Of a stretch of 64,000 nucleotides of DNA, positions 26,968 through 36,892 are shown piece after piece (the stretch's first letter is position 1; each line of letters begins with the position of its first letter). Below the pieces are notes generated by a model. That model worked only from the letters and a program-made list of their open reading frames with translations. It was not told where the DNA came from and made no database searches. The position numbers and the translations under genes were made by a program. Origin of the DNA: a bacterium (GTDB lineage Bacteria; Desulfobacterota; DSWW01); assembly GCA_040756235.1 (NCBI GenBank), contig JBFLZG010000065.1:1-64000 (forward strand), in the 5' to 3' direction.

Positions 26968-27687
26968 TCAGGAGCCTATCTGCCGAGCCCAGTCAGCGAC
27001 ATCAGCCCCGAGCCGTCGCAGCACCTCGTCATCCGTGGCGCCCGAGCTCTTCAACACGTGGAAGCCGTGATCGGCGCCGTCGATGATGCGCAGGGCGGCG
27101 CGCTCGCCCAGCTTTTCGCACACCGGCCGCAGAAGCTCCAGGCTCGCCAGGTTATCGCGCGTACCCTGCAGGAAGAGCATGGGCACGGGGACGCGGCTCA
27201 GGTGGTCGGCGCGCTCGCGGGAAGGTTTTCCGGGCGCGTGCAGCGGGAATCCGAAGAACACCAGACCGTGAACCTCGGGCAGGGGACCTTCCGCCATGGC
27301 CGTAGAGGTCATTCGCCCCCCCAGCGACTTGCCGCCGGCCAGGAGCGGCAGATCCGCGGCAACTGCCATGGCGGCGTCCACCGCAGATCGCACCGTCTTC
27401 ACCAGAACCGGCTGCGGGTCTGGGCCCTTCTTTCCTTGTTCCATGTAAGGGAACTGATATCGGAAGGTCGCGATCCCGTGCGCGGCGAGATGGCTCGATA
27501 CGGTTTCCATGAAGGGGTGACGCATGCCGGCACCGGCGCCATGGCCCAGCACCAGCAGCCAGCGGGCATCTTCGGGCCGCAGCACAAGAGCGCTGACCTC
27601 ACCCGAGCTGCTCGTCGCCACAAAGCGCAACGGGCGAGGTTCGCAACGCTCATGGTGCAGTCCCTGATTCGGGCACGAGCGGCCCAT
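26968..27687 (-). CDS. Alpha/beta hydrolase (KANL3/dienelactone-hydrolase-like); start uncertain
   Basis: [23 protein letters not shown] nucleophile motif, GFPLH, QGTRD and GADHGF. Confidence 0.85.
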   Translation of the reverse strand: MGRSCPNQGLHHERCEPRPLRFVATSSSGEVSALVLRPEDARWLLVLGHGAGAGMRHPFMETVSSHLAAHGIATFRYQFPYMEQGKKGPDPQPVLVKTVRSAVDAAMAVAADLPLLAGGKSLGGRMTSTAMAEGPLPEVHGLVFFGFPLHAPGKPSRERADHLSRVPVPMLFLQGTRDNLASLELLRPVCEKLGERAALRIIDGADHGFHVLKSSGATDDEVLRRLGADVADWARQIGS

Positions 27688-27775
27688 GCGAGAGCACTTC
27701 CCATTCCGTTTGGATGCGGCCGTTCCCGAAGGCCGGGAACGAAGAACCGCCGAACGCAGCAACCGGGCTGACGGC

Positions 27776-28276
27776 TCAGTTCGCTTCCAGCCTGAGCTCG
27801 ATTTCCCTTCTGACGGCTTCTTCTTCCATCTGTCCGGCCGACGTCACTTCTCCCACGAGAAGATCCATGGCCGCCTCGATCACTCTCGCCTCGCCAAGAC
27901 CCGATCCTCTGGTTTTCTGTCTCTCGTGAAGGGCCTTCAGGAGTCCGGCAATTTCGGCGAGCGAGCCGGTCGTCAGCACGAGCTGGTAGCGTTGATAGCG
28001 CCTGTTTGGCGCCTCTGCCTCCTCGGTCGGATGAAAGCCCCGGTTTCCCAGTATTTGATAGATCTGCTCCACTTCTTGCCGGGAGATGGGTCTTCTGGGT
28101 TGCGCCGGCCCCAGCTTGTCGGTTGGAATCAACATCGTGGCACGGCTTTGGGGGATTCTCACGACATAGAAGCGCAGCTCCTGGCCGGAGACAATCCTCT
28201 TTTCTATACCCTCGATCACCCCGGCGAAGTGTGCCTGACAGATGACCTTGTCGCCGACCTTGAATTTGTCAGCCAA
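27776..28276 (-). CDS. CarD/CdnL-family transcription factor, atypical
   Basis: FKVGDKV..AH..GVIEGIE and NRRY......TGSLAEIA; TTG start. Confidence 0.8.
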   Translation of the reverse strand: MADKFKVGDKVICQAHFAGVIEGIEKRIVSGQELRFYVVRIPQSRATMLIPTDKLGPAQPRRPISRQEVEQIYQILGNRGFHPTEEAEAPNRRYQRYQLVLTTGSLAEIAGLLKALHERQKTRGSGLGEARVIEAAMDLLVGEVTSAGQMEEEAVRREIELRLEAN

Positions 28277-28505
28277 TGTCTGTCACCCCAGGCCTTGCGG
28301 AATTTCGAGAATATCGCAAACCCGTTCCATCCGTTCCATGTTACCCTGAGACGCTCGCGCCTGATGACCCCTTCGACTGACTTGCATCTTCTGCATCAAA
28401 TTGCTGATCGTGCGGCCCGCATTTCCGGCCCCCGGCGAAGAATGAGAGATCAACCAGCCTTCCTCTATTTTATCTTAGATGCCCGAATATCGATTTCGGC
28501 GTCTG

Positions 28506-28590
28506 CTGCGGAAGCTGGGCGGCGGATGGGACTTGCCGCCGGAGCTGCGCCCGACTGGGAGCACGACCCGATCCTGGAGCCGCTCGTCGT
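28506..28590 (+). pseudogene. 85-bp duplicated fragment of the sulfotransferase gene at 25533
   Basis: Matches 25722-25807 with four substitutions and a 1-bp deletion. Confidence 0.75.
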
Positions 28591-28635
28591 GCTCTGCTAA
28601 CCGGGTCCTACCGGCCACTGCTTCCGCAAGATCTT

Positions 28636-28852
28636 GCAGGGACGCTGCTTGCTGCGCCCGCACCGGAGCCGAGGCGCAGGGGGATTCCCGCGCCTGCCCC
28701 GGACCTTGATCCGGGGTGCGCGGGAATGACGGATCGACTGGGGAGCAGGGAGGATTCCGGCCCCTGCCTCGGGCTCGATCCGGGGTGCGCCGGAATGACG
28801 GAAGAGACCGGGACAGGATGCGGTTGCAGGGGCGCTGCTTGCTGCGCCCTAC
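28636..28852. repeat. BIME-like mosaic of REP hairpins
   Basis: GCAGGG(A/G)CGCTGCTTGCTGCGCCC at 28636 and 28826 flank two GGATTCC...GGAATGACG hairpins (28682-28731, 28752-28800). Confidence 0.7.
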
Positions 28853-28861
28853 CCGCTCGAC

Positions 28862-29311
28862 CTATTCGTCCCGCTTCTCCTTCTTGTGCTTCTTTTCTTT
28901 CTTTTGCCCCGGCGGGTACTTGTTCTTGTGCTCCTCATAGTAGACATACGGGCGATCCGTATCCAGGTCCATGCTGACATAGCTGCCGAGCTGCACTTCC
29001 AGATCGCCGGGCAGGGACGCGGATATCTGCCAGTTGTCACCGCTCAAGTAGAAATAAACCTGCCTCTCAGGCTCATAGTAAACCGCGCAGGAAGGATAAT
29101 ACCGGTAGCTGTGCTTCGCACGATATCCGTGCGCGGGCGCGTGCGGGGGCGGGCCCTTTCCTTCAGACCCGTCGACCACCGGAGGATGGACCTCTGCCGT
29201 CTCATTTCCCCAGTGTATCCCGAAGCTGCCTCCGGTGATCGGGCATGCAGCCAGCAACGAAACGGCGGCCAGCAGAGTGAGGATCCTTACGGTCGCAGAT
29301 CCATATCTCAT
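28862..29311 (-). CDS. Hypothetical lipoprotein
   Basis: Signal peptide ending LLAA-C; GPPPHAPAHGYRAKH, Tyr-rich core and Lys-rich tail. Confidence 0.75.
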   Translation of the reverse strand: MRYGSATVRILTLLAAVSLLAACPITGGSFGIHWGNETAEVHPPVVDGSEGKGPPPHAPAHGYRAKHSYRYYPSCAVYYEPERQVYFYLSGDNWQISASLPGDLEVQLGSYVSMDLDTDRPYVYYEEHKNKYPPGQKKEKKHKKEKRDE

Positions 29312-29363
29312 CTCTTCACCCCCCCTGCGCAAGCGGTCTCACGGATGTTCGGGCATCACTCTA

Positions 29364-29391
29364 TAATCGGCTTTTCTTGCGGATTCCTTGA
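29364..29391 (-). promoter_or_regulatory. Putative sigma28 promoter
   Basis: TCAAG-N15-GCCGATTA, about 50 bp upstream of the lipoprotein start. Confidence 0.45.
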
Positions 29392-29537
29392 AAGGCCCTC
29401 GTGGCAAGCGGAAGCGGCCAGAGCGGCAAGATGCACGGATGGGACGGAAAGGGGAAGCAAGAGCTGGGGGCCGGAAGAGGGTTTTGCGACGCTCGCAACC
29501 GCGTTCGCAAACGGACGCTCTCCCCAGGCCTGCCAGA

Positions 29538-32500
29538 CTAGCGGATCTTGAAGCGGAACCGTATCCCGCCCTCGAAGGCGCCCGTGGACTGGGGCTCAGC
29601 CACCAGGAACACCTTGTCCGTGAGCTGGTAGTTCACTTCGACCGCGAGGCCCGGCGTCTGACCGCGGAACTCGTTCGTGGTGCGGATGCTCATCCGCTCC
29701 GACAGCCGCTTGCCCACCGTGACCTGCACGCCGCCCGTCTCCGTCTCCGCGACCTTGAACTGCTCGACGCCGAAGCGCTCTTTGGCCTCCCTGCCGAGGA
29801 ACAGGTTCATGGCGGTCATCGGCAGGCCGCCGGACCCGCCGGTCCCCATTCCGCCGCTGGCCAGCGCCTCGGTGCGGGTCATGCCGGTCGCAAGCAGGAA
29901 TACGATGTCTCCTTCCGGGTAGGTCGGATTGGAGGCGAGCTTCAAGGCGAGCCCCGCGGAAGCGGTGCCCGCAAGCTCGAGGGTGACGTCGACGTCTCCC
30001 TCTTCCCGCTCCACTGTGGTCTGTGTCTCGAAGCGGATCGTGGGGTCGATCCGGAGCGGATCGTTGAATGCGATCGTGCCTTCCTCGATCTCGAAGGTGC
30101 GGCCGAAGAACTTGAGGGTTCCCTCTGCCACCCGCACCTCGCCCAGCAGCCGCGGCTGGGCCGCGCTCCCGCCCACCGAGAGATCGGCCGCCATCACGAT
30201 CGCCGCCACGTTGTTGCGCACCCGAAGCTGCTCGCCGCCGTACACCTCGAGGTCCAGCAGGATTCGTTGCAGAAAGGGTGAAGGCGGCTTGCTCGTGGCC
30301 GCGCGGCCGCCGCCCGAGCCCTCCGCCACCTGGATCAGACCCTGCAGGATCTCCACGTCCCGTTCGTACAGGGCGTCGTCGATGCGGATGGTGCCGCGCA
30401 CGTGCATCTCTTCCGGGCTGCCGTCCGCGGTCAGCTCCCCGCTCGTCAGCACCCGCAGCGTGCCCGGCACCCGGTACGGCAGCTCGACAAATGTGAACGA
30501 GGAGCGGCTGATGGACGGGCCTTCGAGCTCCACCAGGGCATCGCCCCGCAGCTCCCCGTCTCCGACCCTGGCGCGAAGCTCCCCGAGGGTGAAGCGATCC
30601 CCCTCCAGGCTCCCGGCGAGCACGATGTCCTCGATCGGCGTCGAGAGACCCTTCGCCTCCAGGTGCTCTACCGCGGCGCGCACCTGGCCCCTGCCCTCCA
30701 TGACCCCCCGGGCGCGCCTGACGCTGAGATCGGCGGTCACCTTGCCGGGTCCGAAGCGCACGCCGTCCATGAAAAGATTGGCCACAGACGGTTCGAGGTC
30801 GGCCTTCAGGGCCGCGCGCAGCTCCGCAGGCGCGAACGAGCCCGCCAGCTCCACCGATCCCTGGCCGGCCCGAAGGCGCATGCGCTCGAGGGTGAGGGTG
30901 CGGTCGCGCAAGGTCGCCTGCGCGGGCGCCTCCAGCCAGAGCCGGGTGCCGGCCGCGGAAGCATCGATCTCTTCGATGCGCAGCGACCCGCGGTACGTGG
31001 CGCTCTCTCCAAGGCGACCGTCGAGGTTTCCGGCCAAGGCGACTCGCGCCGCGGCGTCGGCCAGCCGGGCCGGCAGCTTGGCCTTGATCAGCTTCAGATA
31101 AGGGTCGAGCACCAGGTCCGGGACATCAGCCGAGACGGAGAAAGGAGAAGGCGGGGACAGGTCGAGGCGGGCCAGGACCTTCCCGCCTCCGGGCAGCTCT
31201 CCCTGTACGTCGATCTTGCGCTCTGCGTACGTCCCGGCCAGGGTCATCGATCCGAGAAGACTGCCCTGGTGGAAAACGGAAGGCATGGAGAGCCGGGCCT
31301 CGATCCGCGGCATCCGCATATTGCCCGCCAGGTCGACGCCGAGCGAGAGCGCGCCCGAGAGCCCGGCATCCTTTGCCTCAGGGATGCCTTCCAGGCGCGC
31401 CGAGACCGTGCGCACCTTGCCTGCGAGGGTTCCGTCCCGGGCGAGTCTTCCCTGGCCCGAGAGCGCCACGCCGTCCAGGCGGACCGCCAACGACTCCACG
31501 ACATAGGCGCCGTCATCGGCCTTGCCCGCGATGGTGAGATCTCTCACCTGGTGCCCCAGGGCGGCGGCATTCCCACCTGCGATCTTGCCGCTTCCGGAGA
31601 GACGCGCGAGGGGTCCGGAGAGCGAAAGGTCCACCTCGGCGATGCGCGCGCGCACCCGTTCTCGGGTCCGGGGCGGCTCCCTCCGCGGCTCTTTCCCGGG
31701 CTCCTTTTCGGGTTCCTTTGCGGGCTCTTTCGCGGGCTCCTCTTCGCCGAGCGCGTAAACGACTTCCAGATCCCGCGCAGCGCCCTTGAGATCGACGCTC
31801 GGCTGTTCGAGCCGGCCCTTCACCACGGCGTCGATCGTGAGGCCTCCCCGGAGCGTCTCGAGGCCGGGCGCAGAGGCGCGCGCGAATCCTGCAAAGTCGG
31901 AAAGCTCGAGCCGGCTCGCCGCCGACATATCGAGCGTGCGCTCGCCGACCAGTGCCATCCCGCCTTCGATCCCGAGCCGGCCCCGGCCGGCGGTGAACGC
32001 ACCTTGAACCTTGGCGTTTCCGCCGGCCAGGCTCATGACCAGCGGGCCGGCTTGCGAGATCCGGGTCCCATCCTCCGACCGCACCTCCAGGCCCTCCACC
32101 CGGGCCTGACCCCGGAGCGCAGTCAAATCCTGAAGAGGGCCGTTCGCCTCGGCGCGCAAGCGGCCGAGCACACCTCGGACCTCCCCGAGCCCGGCCAGCT
32201 CGAGGAAGGGATCGAGCGGCAGCGCATCCACCGCGACCTCGGCCCGGATCCGGCGGCCCGCCGGCTCGTACGCGCCGTGGGCGTCGAGAGAGCTGCCCAC
32301 CACGAGCCTGGCCTCGGGCCGATCCAGGCTCCCGCTGACGTCCAGCTTGCCGGGCCCGAGGGCCACCTCGCTCGTTCCCAGCTCGTCGAAAGAGGCCGCG
32401 AGCGAGACGGTTCTCGCCGCCGAGGCGAGCGCGCCCTCGGCCCGCAAGGAGACGATGCGCACCCTGCGGAAGGAGGCCCTCGCCAGGCTCATCTGCTCCA

Positions 32501-33692
32501 GCTCGACCTCAGGCGCCGCCAGCGCCCCCCTGACTTTGGCCGCCAGCCGGAAGTCCGTGCCTTCCAGATCCGGCAGCCCGGCCAGGCGGCCGGCCGCAGC
32601 CACGGTGGCCGCCTGGCCCTGGAGCCGGAGGTCGGTGCGGTCTCCTTCGAGATCCAGGGTGCCCGCGGCCTCCAGGACCGCATCTGAGGATACGGAGGTC
32701 TTCAGCAGCACGGACAGGGGAGCGTTCAGGGCGCCCTCGGCCGAGGCGGCGGCGCGCAGATCTTCGCCGCGAAAGGCGGCGTGCAGCTCCAGGTTCGCTC
32801 GAAGCGCATCCGGGATCCGGCCGCCGAGCGTGGCCTCACCGGTTTCCAGTATCGGAAGGGCTGCGGCCGAACCGAGCATCGCCAGGAGGGGCGCGAGGTC
32901 CAGCCGGTTCAGCTCGAGACGTGCATCGACTGACCCGCTGCCCCGGTCCCATGCGGCGGCCAGCTCGAGCCCGCCGTCCCGCACCCGCAGCCCGAGCCGG
33001 TCGACGGAGGCCTTCTCGCCTTCGACCCGCGCGCGCGCGTCGAGCGGGCCGATCCGCGCCGCGCCGCCCTCGGCCCGTGCGACCTGGAGGATCGCCTCCA
33101 GACGCATCGGGAGAAGGCCTTTCGCCGTGAGGCGGATGCCGCTCAGCTCCAGCACCGGGGCTCCGGCGCGGCTCCGATCCGCTCGCACCGACCCGTCCGT
33201 GAGCTCGAGCTTCTCCAGCCTGACCGAGACCGGAAGAGACGGCAGCAGACCGCGCTGCTTCGAATCTTTCCTGTCCTCTGCCTCCTCGGGAGCCGCCTCG
33301 GAAGGAGGCCACGAGAGCGAGCCATCCTCCCGGAACACCAGATCCACGGTCGGCTCCTGAATGCGGATTTCCGCCTCTGCGGGACCGCCGGACAGCAGGC
33401 CCCAGAGCCTGTACCGGAGATCGAGGGCCCGAGAATGCAGCAAGGGGGGGTAGCCGCTGGCGCCGAAGGTCAGATCCTGGATGATCAGCCTGCGCCCGAG
33501 CTCATGACGCACCTCGGCCGCACCGAGTCGATAGCCGGCGGCCGAAGCGAGCCTCGGCAGAAGCCAGCCGAGAGCCGGGTCCCAGGCGAGCAGAGCGAGC
33601 AGGCCGGCGGTGACGAGCGTGACCGTGACGACCCCATACACCAGGACGCGGATCCAAGCTCTCATTCTCTGTTGCCTTCTCTGTGTCGCCAT
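29538..33692 (-). CDS. tamB: TamB/AsmA-like translocation and assembly module protein
   Basis: N-terminal TM anchor and long beta-rich body; C-terminal DUF490-like region (GTLKFFGRTFEIEEG, VTVGKRLSER, VNYQLT). ATG lies directly after the upstream Omp85 stop. Confidence 0.82.
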   Translation of the reverse strand: MATQRRQQRMRAWIRVLVYGVVTVTLVTAGLLALLAWDPALGWLLPRLASAAGYRLGAAEVRHELGRRLIIQDLTFGASGYPPLLHSRALDLRYRLWGLLSGGPAEAEIRIQEPTVDLVFREDGSLSWPPSEAAPEEAEDRKDSKQRGLLPSLPVSVRLEKLELTDGSVRADRSRAGAPVLELSGIRLTAKGLLPMRLEAILQVARAEGGAARIGPLDARARVEGEKASVDRLGLRVRDGGLELAAAWDRGSGSVDARLELNRLDLAPLLAMLGSAAALPILETGEATLGGRIPDALRANLELHAAFRGEDLRAAASAEGALNAPLSVLLKTSVSSDAVLEAAGTLDLEGDRTDLRLQGQAATVAAAGRLAGLPDLEGTDFRLAAKVRGALAAPEVELEQMSLARASFRRVRIVSLRAEGALASAARTVSLAASFDELGTSEVALGPGKLDVSGSLDRPEARLVVGSSLDAHGAYEPAGRRIRAEVAVDALPLDPFLELAGLGEVRGVLGRLRAEANGPLQDLTALRGQARVEGLEVRSEDGTRISQAGPLVMSLAGGNAKVQGAFTAGRGRLGIEGGMALVGERTLDMSAASRLELSDFAGFARASAPGLETLRGGLTIDAVVKGRLEQPSVDLKGAARDLEVVYALGEEEPAKEPAKEPEKEPGKEPRREPPRTRERVRARIAEVDLSLSGPLARLSGSGKIAGGNAAALGHQVRDLTIAGKADDGAYVVESLAVRLDGVALSGQGRLARDGTLAGKVRTVSARLEGIPEAKDAGLSGALSLGVDLAGNMRMPRIEARLSMPSVFHQGSLLGSMTLAGTYAERKIDVQGELPGGGKVLARLDLSPPSPFSVSADVPDLVLDPYLKLIKAKLPARLADAAARVALAGNLDGRLGESATYRGSLRIEEIDASAAGTRLWLEAPAQATLRDRTLTLERMRLRAGQGSVELAGSFAPAELRAALKADLEPSVANLFMDGVRFGPGKVTADLSVRRARGVMEGRGQVRAAVEHLEAKGLSTPIEDIVLAGSLEGDRFTLGELRARVGDGELRGDALVELEGPSISRSSFTFVELPYRVPGTLRVLTSGELTADGSPEEMHVRGTIRIDDALYERDVEILQGLIQVAEGSGGGRAATSKPPSPFLQRILLDLEVYGGEQLRVRNNVAAIVMAADLSVGGSAAQPRLLGEVRVAEGTLKFFGRTFEIEEGTIAFNDPLRIDPTIRFETQTTVEREEGDVDVTLELAGTASAGLALKLASNPTYPEGDIVFLLATGMTRTEALASGGMGTGGSGGLPMTAMNLFLGREAKERFGVEQFKVAETETGGVQVTVGKRLSERMSIRTTNEFRGQTPGLAVEVNYQLTDKVFLVAEPQSTGAFEGGIRFRFKIR

Positions 33693-33693
33693 C

Positions 33694-36492
33694 TCAGAAC
33701 GGGTAGCCAAAGGAAAAGTGGATCGCCCACCGGTCCAGGGGCGGGTTGTCCTGGAGCTGATAACCGAAATCCAGCCGAATCGGGCCCACGGGCGACCGCG
33801 CTCTCACGCCTGCCCCGGCCGCGGCCTGAATCTTGCCTTTTCCGAGATCGCTCAGCTCCTGCGCCACCTTGCCGGCATCCACGAACAGGGCGCCCTCCAG
33901 GATCCAGGCGAGGGGAAACCTCAGCTCCGCGTTGGTGATGACCCGGGCGCCGCCGCCCAGCGGGTCGCCGTTCCGGTCCAGGGGGCCGAGCCGGTCCTCC
34001 TCGAAGCCGCGCACCGAGGTCGAGCCGCCGGCAAAGAGCAGCTCCGGAGTCGGCACCCTGCGGGTCGAACCGAAGATCTCGACGTCGGTGAAGCGGGCCG
34101 ACACCACCCCCACGAGCTTGCCGGCGATCGGCTGATAGCGGCGCCCCTGCAGGTCGATGCGCACGAAGTTGTCGTCGCTGAGCAGGGCCCGGGCCGAGGT
34201 CGTGACCGCAACCGATGCATAGCTGCCGCGCGAGGGATAGAGCAGGTCATTGCGCGCGTCCCGCACCATCGAGGCGCTCCACAGCAGGGCCCGGCTGGAT
34301 CCCTCCTCCGGAGCAGAGGGGTCATCGACCGTTACGTTGCTCACGTCGGCCACCCGATAGCTCAGGTCCGCCTTGACGATCATCGTCCTGGAGAGGATCC
34401 GCTCGAGCGCAGAGCCCACCAGCAATTCGCGGATGTCGAAGGCTTCCAGGTTCTCGTCGCGGTAGGAGCCGAATACGGATCCGCGGAATTCCGTGCCCAG
34501 GAGCATGGGATCCGTGACCCTGAGGCTGGCCGCACGCTGCTGATCTCCGAACTTACCCGCGGCCGTGACCTGGATCGCTCTGCCGAGGAGGTTCACATTG
34601 GAGACCGAAGCATTGCCGGTCGCACCCAGGTCGGTGTCGTAGGCGAAGCCCACGTCGATCTGGATGCGGTAGCGCTCTCTCAACCCGATCATCACGGGCA
34701 GGTCGACCAGCCCTCCGGAAACCGGCTTCGGCTGGTCCGAGTAGAGCCCGACCGGATCCACCTGGATGGACTCGAAGGACTCCAACGACCTCAGGCGCCG
34801 CTGGGTATCGGCGAGAGCCTTGGGCGTGATGATCTTGCCCGGCCCCAGGGTGACGGCTTCCCGGATCACGCTCTCGGCGGTCCGCGCCGCCCCTGCAGTG
34901 AACACGGCGCTCGTGCGGTAGCGCGGGCCCGGATCCAATGAGTAGGTGACCGCAACCTTGCCGCCGGAGGCAGCGCGCTCCTCCCGAACGTCGACCCGGC
35001 CCGTGAGCAGGCCGGCGGCGTAAAGCACCCGTTCCAGCGCACTGGCTTCCTCCTGCACGCGCGCCTGTACGTAGGGGTCGCCGGCCCCGAGCCTGCGAGC
35101 CCTGGCCACCCTCCCCTCCAGGTCCTCGGGAACGCCCGCGACCCGGACCGAGCCCAGCACATAGCGCGCTCCCTCCCGGATGCGGAACAGGGCGACCACG
35201 CTCCCGTCCTGCCGCTCTTGCACGGCCGGCTCCACGGCCACGTCGGCGAACCCGGCCGATCGGTAGACGTCCTCGATGGCGGCCTGGTCTTTTCCCAGGT
35301 TCTCGACGTTCCATCGGGGGGCCAGAACCCGCCAGCGTCTTCTTCCGCTCACCGTGGCATCTTCCAGCTCCTCATGGTCGATCGAGTGGTTGCCTTCGAA
35401 GCGCAGCCCCTCGAAGGCGAGCTTCGGACCTTCCGCGATCTTGTAGGTGACACGGACCTCGTCCTCGGTCTCCTCGCGCTCGGCTTCGGCCCGCGCGGCC
35501 GGGTAGCCTTTCCCGGCGTACGCCTGCTCGATCTTGCGCTCATTGTCCTCGACCAGGAAGTATCCGTAGCCGCCCTCCTCCCGAAAGGTCAGAACCTCTT
35601 CCAGGTCATCGCTGTCCGCGACGTCGTTGCCGGTAAACGCCAGGACGAGCTTCTTTCCTTCCTTCACGTGCACGACGAGATCGACCTTTCCATCCTCCGG
35701 ACGCGGCCGCACCTCTTCCACGTCGATGCGCGCGCTCACCCATCCGAGCCCCCGGTAGCGCTGCACCAGTTTTTCCGTCTTCTTCCGGAGACGCTCCCGC
35801 GTGAAGTAGAGCCGCGGCGTGAGCTCTTGCCCCACCTCTTCGGCCGGCAGCGCGCTCGCGCCGCTGACCTCGACCTCTCCGACCCTCAGCAATTTGCCCC
35901 GGTCGCAGTCATAGCGGATCGTGAAGTCACCCCCCTCGGGCACGGTCACGGCGCGGCATGCGCTGCCGAAGAAGCCCCGGCGCTCGAACAGGTCCTCCAG
36001 GCGCTCGGTCTCGCGCGCCAGCTTCGCCGCGTCGAAGGGATCTCCGGGGCGCATGCGCAGGGCATCGAGCGCGGCATTTTCGAACAGCGGAAAGAGACCC
36101 GAGAAATGGATGTCGCGCAGGATCGGCTGGCGCGCGAGCCTGACCCGAAGCACCTCTCCTTTGGGGGACGGCTCGAGCTCCACGTAAGCGGAACGGAGAA
36201 ACGGCAGCGATTGCAGCAACTCGATCCCCCACTGCAGGGATTCCGCGCTCACCCATTCACCCGCACGCCACGGCAGGGTCCGGCGAATCGCCTCCACGGG
36301 CAGGTCGTCCGCGGTGTCGATCACCACCTCCGCAATCCGGATCGGCTGCGCGGGGAGGCCCTCGGCCTGACCCGCCGAAGCACCGAAGGCGCAAAGAGCG
36401 CCGCGCCAAGACCCGGCAAGGCAGACAACCAGCAGGTGGAGCAGAAGGCGCTCGCGTACCCGCCTGAGTGCGCTATCGATCGGGTGCGGCAA
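33694..36492 (-). CDS. Omp85-family outer-membrane assembly factor (BamA/TamA-like) with multiple POTRA domains; start uncertain
   Basis: POTRA repeats (FTGN, FEGN, Y...GY), LFAGGSTSVRGF, NAELRFP, SPVGPIRLDFG and terminal FSFGYPF. In-frame TTG 36492 precedes a signal-peptide-like stretch. Confidence 0.85.
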   Translation of the reverse strand: MPHPIDSALRRVRERLLLHLLVVCLAGSWRGALCAFGASAGQAEGLPAQPIRIAEVVIDTADDLPVEAIRRTLPWRAGEWVSAESLQWGIELLQSLPFLRSAYVELEPSPKGEVLRVRLARQPILRDIHFSGLFPLFENAALDALRMRPGDPFDAAKLARETERLEDLFERRGFFGSACRAVTVPEGGDFTIRYDCDRGKLLRVGEVEVSGASALPAEEVGQELTPRLYFTRERLRKKTEKLVQRYRGLGWVSARIDVEEVRPRPEDGKVDLVVHVKEGKKLVLAFTGNDVADSDDLEEVLTFREEGGYGYFLVEDNERKIEQAYAGKGYPAARAEAEREETEDEVRVTYKIAEGPKLAFEGLRFEGNHSIDHEELEDATVSGRRRWRVLAPRWNVENLGKDQAAIEDVYRSAGFADVAVEPAVQERQDGSVVALFRIREGARYVLGSVRVAGVPEDLEGRVARARRLGAGDPYVQARVQEEASALERVLYAAGLLTGRVDVREERAASGGKVAVTYSLDPGPRYRTSAVFTAGAARTAESVIREAVTLGPGKIITPKALADTQRRLRSLESFESIQVDPVGLYSDQPKPVSGGLVDLPVMIGLRERYRIQIDVGFAYDTDLGATGNASVSNVNLLGRAIQVTAAGKFGDQQRAASLRVTDPMLLGTEFRGSVFGSYRDENLEAFDIRELLVGSALERILSRTMIVKADLSYRVADVSNVTVDDPSAPEEGSSRALLWSASMVRDARNDLLYPSRGSYASVAVTTSARALLSDDNFVRIDLQGRRYQPIAGKLVGVVSARFTDVEIFGSTRRVPTPELLFAGGSTSVRGFEEDRLGPLDRNGDPLGGGARVITNAELRFPLAWILEGALFVDAGKVAQELSDLGKGKIQAAAGAGVRARSPVGPIRLDFGYQLQDNPPLDRWAIHFSFGYPF

Positions 36493-36892
36493 TCCGGGCC
36501 TCGGGCACCAAGGGAGACGGCCGTCGCTCAGAACCGAAATCCGGCTCCGGGACCGGCCGTCATGCGAGGGTCCGGCTGCGAGACGCGCGAAGCTCGGGGA
36601 ACGAGGCGTGCTTACAGAACGGCGCAGGGATGCGGGGGAACGGCTTCGCCGCGCGCGCAACGGGGGCTCCGCAGACGGCATCTCGACGGCCTGTCCATCT
36701 TGGATGCTCTCTTGCCCAGGCGCGGACCACTGCTTCCGGATCCGCCGCACAGCGGGCCCGTCTCACGCGCGGCGCGTCCGGCCGGCAACGGCATACGAGC
36801 GGGCGTGGCTCGGATGGACCGGTTTGCAGAGAACAGGAGGGAGAGGATCTTTTCCCCCCCTTTGAAAGAGGGTGTCGAATAGCACCCTCTTG

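Noticed and set aside
27630..27687. Possible frameshift at the hydrolase 5' end (ATG 27653 has an AGGGA SD but is out of frame)
   Set aside because: In-frame ATG 27687 and TTG 27630 are available, so a frameshift cannot be established without homologue alignment.
28506..28590. Possible DGR template/variable repeat pair with 25722-25807
   Set aside because: Differences are not adenine-specific, include a deletion, lie mid-gene, and no reverse transcriptase is present.
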